A stretch of DNA of 32,000 nucleotides. Origin: Thermosulfurimonas dismutans (GTDB lineage: Bacteria; Desulfobacterota; Thermodesulfobacteria; Thermodesulfobacteriales; Thermodesulfobacteriaceae). A program made the translations under genes and the position numbers. Below the pieces are notes generated by a model that saw nothing but the letters and a program-made list of their open reading frames with translations, was not told the origin of the DNA and made no database searches. The DNA is taken from assembly GCF_001652585.1 (NCBI RefSeq), contig NZ_LWLG01000016.1, positions 15,424 to 47,423 on the forward strand, written 5' to 3'. Below, in pieces: positions 7,655 through 15,384 of the stretch (within the stretch, counting starts at the first letter, position 1; each line of letters opens with the position of its first letter).

Positions 7655-10414
7655 ATGGCGGCAAGGAAAATTGTTCCTCAAACGACCTCCCCTTCCGGGA
7701 CCAAGATTACCTTAAATCCCAAGATGGCTCGCCGTTCCTTTTTGAAGATTGCGGCGGCGACCACGGCCCTTACCGGTCTTGCCCTAAGTGGTAGGCTTAC
7801 CAAGCGGGCCGAGGCCAAGACACCCAAGTCTCCTTATAGTCAGTCCAAGATTGTGCGCACCATCTGCACCTATTGCTCTGTGGGGTGCGGGATTTACGCT
7901 GAGGTAGAAAATGGGGTCTGGGTCCGGCAGGAGATCGCCCAGGATCATCCCGTCTCCCGTGGTGGGCACTGCTGCAAGGGCGCCGGGGCGATTGACATGG
8001 TAAGGAGTGAGAAGCGTCTGCGCTCTCCCATGAAACGTGAAAACGGGCGGTGGAAGAGGATTTCCTGGGAACAGGCCCTAGACGAGATCTGCAGCAAGCT
8101 CCTTGAGATCCGGGAAAAGTATGGCCCTGATGCTGTCCACTGGAACGGGAGTGCCAAGGTTTCGACCGAAATGGCTTATCTTCAGAGAAAACTTGCCGCC
8201 TTCTGGGGCACCAACAATATCGATCACCAGGCCCGCATATGACACTCCACCACGGTGGCCGGGGTGGCCAACACATGGGGCTATGGTGCAATGACCAATC
8301 ACTTCAACGATATTCGTCATGCCAAATTGGTTTTCTTTATTGGTTCCAATGCTGCCGAAGCCCATCCGGTAGCCATGCAGCACATCCTTTATGCCAAGGA
8401 GGTCAACAACGCGCCTATTATCGTAGTTGATCCGCGGTTTACCAAGCTTGCGGCCAAGGCTACGGATTACGTGCGCATACGTCCCGGGACAGACACGGCC
8501 TTTCTCATGGGGCTCATCAACCAACTCATTCAGAACGAGTGGTACGACAAAGAATTCGTTCGCACCCGGGTGGCAGGCTTTGAAGAGCTTAAAGAGGTGG
8601 CGGCCCACTATACCCCCGAAGTGGTGGAAGACATTACCGGCGTGCCGGCCAAAGAGGTGGTACGCATCGCCAAACTCATGGCCACGCACCGTCCGGGCAC
8701 GGTGGTCTGGTGCATGGGGCTCACCCAGCATCACATCGGAAGTTCCAATACCCGGGCGGCCTGTATCCTGCAGCTCATGCTCGGGAATATGGGTGTTTCC
8801 GGAGGTGGCACGAATATCTTCCGAGGACACGACAATGTTCAGGGTGCCACGGATATGTGCGTGCTTTCGCACTCGCTGCCCGGCTACTACGGGCTCTCGG
8901 AGAAGGCTTGGCGTCACTGGTGTGAGGTTTGGGGCGTAGACTACGAGTGGATGAAGTCCCGTTTCCACAGCAAGGAGTACATGGAGAAACCGGGATTTAC
9001 GCTAGCCCGCTGGTACGAAGGCGTCATCCAGGAAGATAAGATCTATCAATACACTCCGATTAAGGCCGTAGTCTTCTGGGGTTGTTCTTCCACCTCGCAA
9101 TCTCAGTACCACAAGCTAAAGAAGGCCTTGGACAAGCTTGAGCTCGTGGTGATCATCGATCCCTTCCCTACCACCACGGCGGCCATGTGCGAGAAGGACA
9201 ACGTTTACCTCCTCCCGAGCACCAGCCAGTATGAGACCGAGGGTTCGGTAACCAGCAGCTGCCGCCAAGCCCAGTGGCGCTACAAGGTGGTGGACCCGAT
9301 CTATGACAGCAAGACCGACTACGAGATTCTCCAGGAGTTCGTGAAGCGTTTCGGATTTGCCGACAAGTTCTTCAAGAACATCAAGAAGATCCCCGAGGAT
9401 GTTACCCGAGAGATTGCCCGCGGCACACTCACCATCGGGCTTGTGGGCTGGCTTCCCGAACGCATCAAGAAACATACCGACAACTGGCACACCTTCGACA
9501 TTGATACCCTCCAGGCCAAGGGTGGCCCTTGCGACGGGGAGTACTACGGTTTACCCTGGCCCTGCTGGACGGAGGAGCATCCCGGAACCCCGATCCTTTA
9601 CGACATCTCGAAACCCGTAGCCAAAGGAGGGTTACCCTTCCGGGCCCGCTTCGGCACGGAGTATACCTATCCGAGCGGCCGCAAGGAGAATCTGCTGGCC
9701 GCTGAAGGGGTGGCCAACCCTGGAAGCGAGATCATGGGCGGGTATCCGGAGTTCAAGGGCTGGAAGACAGATGTTCGGGTCATCAAGGAAGCCGTTAAGC
9801 GCGGCATGGCGCCTTTTGGCAACGCCCGGGCCCGGTGCTATTGCTGGAACTTCCCGGATCCTGTACCTGTCCACCGGGAACCGCTCCATTCTCCTAGACC
9901 TGATCTCATCAAGAAATATCCCACTTATCCAGACAAACCTAATCACTACCGCGTTTACACGCGTTTTAAGAGCGAGCAGAAACCGGAGCTCGTCAAAGAA
10001 TTTCCGCTCGTCCTTATTACCGGGCGTGTGGTGGAACACATGGGCGGTGGTGACGAGACCCGAAGCAACAAATATCTCGCAGAGCTCATGCCCGAGGTCT
10101 ACGCGGAGATCAACCCGCGGGTGGCCAACAACTATGGTCTCCGCGAGGGAGATATGATCTGGGTGGAGTCACCTGAGGGTGGCCGGATTAGGGTTAAGGT
10201 GAAGATCACGGATAGGGTAGATGACCGGACAATTTTTATCCCCTACAGCTTCGGCGGTATGTTTATGGGGCGTTCTATGGCCGCCAATTATCCAGACGGC
10301 CTGGTACCCTACGCTATCGGTGAGCCGGCTAACATCGTCGTAAATTACGGCTACGACATCAAGACTCAAATCCAGGCCACTAAGGAGGGGCTTTGCCGGA
10401 TAAGAAAGGCCTAA
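7655..10414 (+). CDS. fdhA: Periplasmic formate dehydrogenase catalytic subunit, selenocysteine-containing, bis-PGD (Mo or W) enzyme
   Basis: The track ORFs 7595-8242 and 8255-10414 are in the same frame and are joined by TGA at 8240-8242 in the context HQARI-U-HSTTVAG, the classical FDH Sec site. The ATG at 7655 is preceded by AAGGAGGT (7641-7648). It has a Tat signal ([15 protein letters not shown]) and an N-terminal [4Fe-4S] motif (CTYCSVGCG...CCKG). The product is 919 aa with Sec at residue 196. Confidence 0.93.
8243..8282 (+). promoter_or_regulatory. Candidate bacterial SECIS hairpin
   Basis: The candidate lies directly 3' of the UGA. CUCCA (8245-8249) can pair with UGGGG (8276-8280). 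After an internal loop, UGGCC (8256-8260) can pair with GGCCA (8266-8270), closing a G/U-containing apical loop GGGGU (8261-8265) about 20 nt from the UGA. I folded it by hand. Confidence 0.4.
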
Positions 10415-10427
10415 AAAGTCTAAAAAT

Positions 10428-10453
10428 AGGGGGTGGGGGATCCCCCTCCCCCT
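10428..10453 (+). other. GC-rich intercistronic hairpin between fdhA and fdhB
   Basis: AGGGGGTGGGGGA|TCCCCCTCCCCCT is a 26-nt palindrome with one central-arm T:T mismatch, centred on GGATCC. It sits 14 nt after the fdhA stop and 23 nt before the fdhB ATG. No U-tract follows it. Confidence 0.6.
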
Positions 10454-10476
10454 ACAATTTGTGATAGGAGGACGAT

Positions 10477-11043
10477 ATGGCGCGTATGAAATTTATTTGT
10501 GATACCGAGCGCTGCGTAGCCTGTCATGGTTGTGTTGTTGCCTGCAAAGAGGGACATCACATCCCGGTGGGGATTAACCGCCGGCGGGTGATCATCATTA
10601 ATGAGGGTAAACCAGGGGAGAGGAGCATCTCCATCTCTTGTATGCATTGCTCCGATCCTCCGTGCATGGCGGTTTGTCCGGCAGGGGCCATTTATCAGCG
10701 CGACGACGGCATCGTCCTGGTGAATAAAGATATCTGCATCGGTTGCGGTTATTGTCTTATGGCCTGTCCCTTCGGGGCCCCGCAGTTTCCAAAGAACAGT
10801 AGTTTCGGGGCGCGTGGAGTCATGGACAAGTGCACCTTTTGTGCGGGTGGTCCGGCTCCCACCTTCAGCGAAAAAGAGAAGAGACTTTATGGCCAGAACC
10901 GAATTGCCGAGGGTAAGGTGCCCCTATGTGCTGGCATGTGTGCTACCAAGGCCTTGCTTGCCGGAGATGCTGACGTCATTTCCAAGATCTATGCTGAACG
11001 CGTGGCCCGTCGAGGGAACGGGCTAAAGGAAAAGATTTTTTAA
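10477..11043 (+). CDS. fdhB: Formate dehydrogenase iron-sulfur subunit (four [4Fe-4S] motifs)
   Basis: 188 aa. Motifs: CVACHGCVVAC, CMHCSDPPCMAVCP, CIGCGYCLMACP, CTFC...CAGMC. An RBS (AGGAGG) lies upstream. Confidence 0.9.
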   Translation: MARMKFICDTERCVACHGCVVACKEGHHIPVGINRRRVIIINEGKPGERSISISCMHCSDPPCMAVCPAGAIYQRDDGIVLVNKDICIGCGYCLMACPFGAPQFPKNSSFGARGVMDKCTFCAGGPAPTFSEKEKRLYGQNRIAEGKVPLCAGMCATKALLAGDADVISKIYAERVARRGNGLKEKIF

Positions 11044-11049
11044 TAGACT

Positions 11050-11068
11050 CCGGGGGCTCTGCCCCCGG
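11050..11068 (+). other. GC-rich intercistronic hairpin between fdhB and fdhC
   Basis: CCGGGGGC (11050-11057), loop TCT, GCCCCCGG (11061-11068) give a perfect 8-bp stem. AAAACT follows rather than a U-tract. Confidence 0.6.
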
Positions 11069-11077
11069 AAAACTATT

Positions 11078-11977
11078 ATGGAGTGGAGTATGCGAGGAAG
11101 CCTTTTAGGAAAAGGCCTTTTGGTTTTCTTTTTGCTAAGCTTAGGGGTTCATTATGTTTGGGCCCAGGATATCCTTCGTGGTTTCGGACCGGAGTCCTTT
11201 ACGGATTATTTCAGACAGTTCTCTGAGATCATCGTGGGCGACTGGTCTAATTCCGGCAGGCAGTTCCTCGCCCTGGTGCCGAAGTTGAAATTATATTTCC
11301 TGGTAGTGCTTGTGGGGGTGCCCGGCCTCTTCTTCCTGCACTACCTTATCATAGGACCTAAGAGGTTCTCGCACCAAGGTGAAAAGATCCTCTACTACGG
11401 GCCCTTGGCCCGATTGATTCACTGGGTGGCGGCGCTTTTCTTTACGCTTCTCGTCGTTACGGGGCTAACCATCATCTTTGCCAAGACTTTCGGTGGTGGT
11501 TCTCTAGTGCGGATTTCGCGCAAGATTCATCTACTTTCGGCCTTTGGCTTTGGAGCCGTGGTTGTCCCCATGTTTCTTATGTGGCTCAGGGACATGCTTC
11601 CGGCCCCTTATGATCTGAAATGGTTCCTGATGTTTGGCGGATACTTAAGCCGCAAGAAGCAACCCATCCCGGCAGGAAAATTCAACGCCGGACAGAAGAT
11701 GTGGTTCTGGCTGGCCTCCGTGGGCGGGGGGGTGATGCTCTATACCGGATTTTACCTTTATCTCTTCGAGGCCCCTTTGAAGGATTTGCGTCTTTTTGTC
11801 CTCATTCACAATTTTCTAGGGCTTGCCATCGTGGCCCTCTTTTTCACCCATCTTTACATGTCTCTCTTTGCCGTTAAAGGCGCCATCCAAAGTATGCTTT
11901 CCGGCTACAAATCCGCCGAAGAGGTCTCCGTCCTCCATAGCAAGTATTACGAGAAATTGAAGCAAGGGCGTTCTTAA
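11078..11977 (+). CDS. fdhC: Formate dehydrogenase cytochrome b (gamma) membrane subunit
   Basis: 299 aa. It has an N-terminal hydrophobic segment plus several TM helices. Candidate heme-ligand His contexts are RLIHWVAALFF, KIHLLSAFGF, LIHNFLG and FFTHLYMS. The FNAGQKMWFW block is typical of FdnI/FdhC. The ATG at 11090, preceded by GGAG, is an equally plausible start. Confidence 0.85.
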   Translation: MEWSMRGSLLGKGLLVFFLLSLGVHYVWAQDILRGFGPESFTDYFRQFSEIIVGDWSNSGRQFLALVPKLKLYFLVVLVGVPGLFFLHYLIIGPKRFSHQGEKILYYGPLARLIHWVAALFFTLLVVTGLTIIFAKTFGGGSLVRISRKIHLLSAFGFGAVVVPMFLMWLRDMLPAPYDLKWFLMFGGYLSRKKQPIPAGKFNAGQKMWFWLASVGGGVMLYTGFYLYLFEAPLKDLRLFVLIHNFLGLAIVALFFTHLYMSLFAVKGAIQSMLSGYKSAEEVSVLHSKYYEKLKQGRS

Positions 11978-11994
11978 CCGCCAAGGAGGCCCGA

Positions 11995-12609
11995 TTGATT
12001 CCCGTAGTTACTTTCGTGGGGTTTGTGGAGAAACGGGCCTTGGTGGAGGCCGTGGCTCAGGAACTCAAGGGGCGGGGCTATAAGGTAGGGCTCATCAGGG
12101 AGAAATCTAGCCCAGTGAAGACCTCATCCCTCCCGTTCCCGGGGCAGGCCGAGGTGAATTTTGGCCAGATCTCACTCGTTCAAGAGCTTGACCACGAAGA
12201 CTTTGAACATTTGATTTATCGTCTGTTTGAAGGCTATGATATCGTCTTAGGTGAAGGCTTTGTCGAGATAGAGCCTATCCCCAAGATCGAGGTAGCCAGG
12301 GCTTCCGTTTCGCGTAACCTCTTTAAAGGAAAAATTTCCGGTGTGTTGGCCGTGGTCTCAGATTTTGAAGTGCCAGGAAGCCGGAGTTTTCCCTTTGAGG
12401 CCATTTCTGAAATTGCAAGCTTTATCGAAGAACACATCCTTTTACCCTTGAAGCGGGATGTAAAGACCGTCCTTTTCGTGAATGGCAGACGTATCCCCAT
12501 CAAAAAATACGTTCGGGAAACTCTAGCTGGAGTCATTGAGGGCTTTGTGAGTCGTCTCAAAATGACGGAAGGTGCCCGCGAAATAGAGATCAAGATACGC
12601 TTGGAATAA
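11995..12609 (+). CDS. MobB-like protein with degenerate P-loop and an extra C-terminal domain
   Basis: 204 aa. The TTG start lies 6 nt after AAGGAGG. The N-terminus is colinear with MobB (MIPVVTFVGF...LKGRGYKVGLIRE...YDIVLGEGF...IPKIEV), but the Walker A site reads GFVEKRA instead of GxxGxGKT. About 80 additional C-terminal residues have unknown affinity. Confidence 0.55.
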   Translation: MIPVVTFVGFVEKRALVEAVAQELKGRGYKVGLIREKSSPVKTSSLPFPGQAEVNFGQISLVQELDHEDFEHLIYRLFEGYDIVLGEGFVEIEPIPKIEVARASVSRNLFKGKISGVLAVVSDFEVPGSRSFPFEAISEIASFIEEHILLPLKRDVKTVLFVNGRRIPIKKYVRETLAGVIEGFVSRLKMTEGAREIEIKIRLE

Positions 12610-12628
12610 TCTTATTGGCCAAACTCCG

Positions 12629-13642
12629 TCACAACCAAGCAGAGGCTTTTTTAGGAAAGGATAGCCATACCTTTTTGCCAGGCACAAATCCATAAGAAGA
12701 AAATTTTTCTTTTGAAAATTCGAGAGTGAAAGATACGTCCTCTAGACTAAAAGTTACAAGGATCTGCCCACTTTTTGTTTTTAGGTTTAGACGTGTAACC
12801 CAAAAAGAAAGCAGATTTTGGTCATGAACCGGCTTTGGATTACCAAAGATCTCTACCGAAGAGGAAGAAATAAGAGCGATATCCATATCTTTTGAAGGCG
12901 GCGGTTCCAGTAAAAGTCTTTGACCATCTCTAAATCTCTTTTCCCAAAAGCGACCATTTACTGTCCACGGCCCGAAGATGAGGTTTGACATCTCCGACGG
13001 CAACACATGACCTTTGATGAGGTAAAGCGTCCTATCAGCTATTTCATTAATCCAGGCCCAATCATGAGTAGCGATAATAAGACTAGTACCCCATAGGGAT
13101 ACGGCCTTAGTTACCGCTTCTTTTATGAGCTGAGCGCTTTTGGCATCTACACTTGCTGTCGGCTCATCTAACAAGAGTACTTCAGGTTGCAACACTAGAC
13201 GACTGGCCAAGGCCACACGCTGGGCCTCCCCTCCCGAAAGGGCATACCATGGCCGATGGAGGAATTGATCGGGATCTAAGCCCACCCAGGAAAGTACTTC
13301 ACATACCTTTTGGCGTAGATTCTTCTTTTTCCCCCTTATTTTGAGCCCATAGGCGATATTTTCAAAGACTGAGCGTTTAAGTAAATAAGGCTGTTGAGGC
13401 AAAAGCGTAACTTTTCGGAAGGCCTTACAAAAGGGGCCCACAGGTTCTCCCCGGAGATAAATTTGGCCTTGGGTAGGTTTTTCTACTAGAGCAAGAAGTC
13501 TTAAAAGGGTGCTTTTCCCTGCTCCATTAGGTCCTAGGAGAGCGGTGACCCCCCTATCTGAAATGGTCAAATTGTCTATTTTTAGGGCCACTTTTTCTCC
13601 ATATTTGTGGATCAGATTTTTTATTTCGTAAAGCGGAATCAC
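12629..13642 (-). CDS. tupC: Tungstate ABC transporter ATP-binding protein with C-terminal TOBE-like domain
   Basis: 337 aa. Walker A GPNGAGKST, signature LSGGEAQR, Walker B LLLDEPT. The C-terminal ~100 aa is beta-rich and TOBE/Mop-like. The GTG start overlaps the tupB stop (GTGA). Confidence 0.85.
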   Translation of the reverse strand: MIPLYEIKNLIHKYGEKVALKIDNLTISDRGVTALLGPNGAGKSTLLRLLALVEKPTQGQIYLRGEPVGPFCKAFRKVTLLPQQPYLLKRSVFENIAYGLKIRGKKKNLRQKVCEVLSWVGLDPDQFLHRPWYALSGGEAQRVALASRLVLQPEVLLLDEPTASVDAKSAQLIKEAVTKAVSLWGTSLIIATHDWAWINEIADRTLYLIKGHVLPSEMSNLIFGPWTVNGRFWEKRFRDGQRLLLEPPPSKDMDIALISSSSVEIFGNPKPVHDQNLLSFWVTRLNLKTKSGQILVTFSLEDVSFTLEFSKEKFSSYGFVPGKKVWLSFPKKASAWL

Positions 13643-14328
13643 GATCTTTGCCTTAAATACATTAGACTAAAATTTACAACGAAAGCTATTAACAACAGGA
13701 CTAGCCCTAGGGCTATACCCATGGCAAATTCGCCTTTAGAGGTTTCAAGAGCTATGGCGGTGGTGATGGTCCTGGTATGCCATTTGATGTTTCCTCCAAC
13801 CATCAAGGATATGCCTACCTCAGTAAGTACTCTGCCGTAGGCGGTAACAGCCGCAGTGAGGATACCGTAACGGGCTTCCCAAATACAGGTACACAAGAGC
13901 TGGTAACGGTTGGCCCCTAGGGCAAGAAGCGTTATTCGCAACTGCCGATCGAGGCTTTCAACTGCCGTAGCTGTTAAGGCTATAACGATAGGCAAGGCCA
14001 AAATAGTCTGTCCAATGGCCACCCCAGGCAAGGTGAAAAGAAGACCATATTGTCCTAGCGGTCCTCTTTGGCTCAAAAGGGCATAAACTAAAAGCCCAAT
14101 CAAAACCGTAGGAAAGGCTAAAAGGGTATTGACGATGGTTCGCAATAACTTCTTGCCTCTAAAATCCAGAAAGCCCAAAAAGAATCCCAAAGGTATTCCC
14201 AGCGCAAGACTTGCTGTCATGGCATAAGTGGAAACTTTGAGCGTTGTTAAAATAGCCGAATAGGTTTCTGCGTCCCTAGATATAAGCAACTCGAAAGCCT
14301 TGATTATCCCTTCGGTAATATATCCCAT
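13639..14328 (-). CDS. tupB: Tungstate ABC transporter permease
   Basis: 229 aa, multi-TM, with a BPD-type permease pattern. It lies between tupA and tupC. Confidence 0.85.
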   Translation of the reverse strand: MGYITEGIIKAFELLISRDAETYSAILTTLKVSTYAMTASLALGIPLGFFLGFLDFRGKKLLRTIVNTLLAFPTVLIGLLVYALLSQRGPLGQYGLLFTLPGVAIGQTILALPIVIALTATAVESLDRQLRITLLALGANRYQLLCTCIWEARYGILTAAVTAYGRVLTEVGISLMVGGNIKWHTRTITTAIALETSKGEFAMGIALGLVLLLIAFVVNFSLMYLRQRS

Positions 14329-14385
14329 AATCTTTTAGGATAGAAAAATGAGTATAGATTATTTCTCTTGAATACTTTTTTATAC

Positions 14386-15228
14386 TTATTTAGTTTTCGC
14401 GTTAGGGATGAAAAGTTGTTTGCCCATGAGCCTGAAGTTTGCTATGGCTTGTTGAATCTTTGGAGAAGTAATCCAATCCGAAAAGGTCCGTGCCAAGTCG
14501 TTTTTCACGTTGGGACAGTGTTCGGGATTGATTTCTATAACACTATATTGATTTCTTATTATTTTGTCTCCTTCCACCAAGATCACTAGGATGGGCTTCC
14601 CTTTCAGGGTGGCTTCGTATTTAATAAAGGTTCCCCGGTCGGTAAGGGTATAACCTCTCTTTTCTGAGGCCACGTTAAGGGTGGCCAGCATACCCTGCCC
14701 GGTCTGTATGTACCAAGGTTCTTTATCCAGTTTATTAGGATCAATTCCTGCAGTTTTCCACAAAGTCTCTTCTTTTTTGTGGGTACCAGAATGGTCTCCT
14801 CGACTCACAAAGATTGCTTTTTGGTTAGCGATTTTCCTCAACGCTTCGGTGGCGGACATACCCTTAATACCAGCAGGATCATCCGGCGGACCGACGATGA
14901 TGAAGTCGTTATACATTATTTCTCGCCTGTTGATACCATATCCCGCTTTAATAAAGGCCTTTTCAGCAGAGGGAGCATGTACCATAAGTATGTCCACATC
15001 ACAGTTTTGCCCCAGCTTCAAAGCTTTGCCCGTACCCACAGCGATCCATTGAAGTTCAATGCCTGTATCTTTCTTAAAGATGGGAGCTAAATAATCCAAA
15101 AGGCCTGTATTGTCCGTGCTGGTAGTGGTGGCCATGCGCAGGACCTTTTTCTCCGCTAGACCAAGATCCGCAAGAAATAAGGCTAGCAACGCCCAAAAGC
15201 ATAAAAGTAGGACTTTTTTAGTATTCAT
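14386..15228 (-). CDS. tupA: Tungstate-binding periplasmic protein TupA
   Basis: 280 aa with a signal peptide. TupA hallmark motifs are MATTTSTDNTGLL (TTTS) and FVSRGDHSGTHKKE (SRGDxSGT). Confidence 0.88.
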   Translation of the reverse strand: MNTKKVLLLCFWALLALFLADLGLAEKKVLRMATTTSTDNTGLLDYLAPIFKKDTGIELQWIAVGTGKALKLGQNCDVDILMVHAPSAEKAFIKAGYGINRREIMYNDFIIVGPPDDPAGIKGMSATEALRKIANQKAIFVSRGDHSGTHKKEETLWKTAGIDPNKLDKEPWYIQTGQGMLATLNVASEKRGYTLTDRGTFIKYEATLKGKPILVILVEGDKIIRNQYSVIEINPEHCPNVKNDLARTFSDWITSPKIQQAIANFRLMGKQLFIPNAKTK

Positions 15229-15248
15229 GGTGTGTTTCCCTCTTTATG

Positions 15249-15266
15249 ATACCCTTTTTGGGGTAT
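15249..15266. promoter_or_regulatory. Inverted repeat in the tupA / regulator divergent region (candidate operator or 5'-UTR hairpin)
   Basis: ATACCC (15249-15254), a 6-nt spacer, then GGGTAT (15261-15266), 21-38 nt upstream of the tupA start codon. On the minus strand a perfect TTGACA (15289-15294), 17 nt, then TAGCAA lies just upstream of it. Confidence 0.35.
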
Positions 15267-15384
15267 TGCTACCAAAAGAGAGACTTTTTGTCAATTCTAG
15301 TTATTATAAGTAAGTATCTGGGCTGTTTGAGATCTTTTCCTGAACTCATTGACACCATGGGGGAGAGAGGATACACCATCTTTT

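Noticed and set aside
8078-8968. A 296-aa ORF antisense to fdhA. Similar long antisense or off-frame ORFs occur elsewhere (e.g. 7797-8291, 9116-9490, 16983-17501, 20375-21098, 26699-27013).
   Set aside because: They lie entirely inside well-supported genes with strong family motifs on the other strand or frame. Their translations are Arg/Pro/Gly/Ser-rich, low-complexity shadows typical of GC-rich coding DNA, and they lack RBS contexts.
10429-10439. The G5-T-G5 run as a G-quadruplex.
   Set aside because: There are only two G-tracts. The perfectly complementary C5-T-C5 immediately downstream makes a duplex hairpin the far simpler explanation.
14329-14385. An AT-rich inverted repeat (AGUAUA...UAUACU followed by CAUUUUU on the minus strand) between tupA and tupB, as a possible intra-operon attenuator.
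   Set aside because: The stem is only 5-6 A:U-rich pairs with a ~24-nt loop. That is too weak to call, especially for a probable thermophile.
15349-15357. The 9-nt string TTGACACCA, shared with the candidate fdh promoter -35 region (4926-4934).
   Set aside because: At 15349 no acceptable -10 element follows at 16-18 nt (TACACC). The match is short enough to be chance and overlaps the regulator's possible TTG start.
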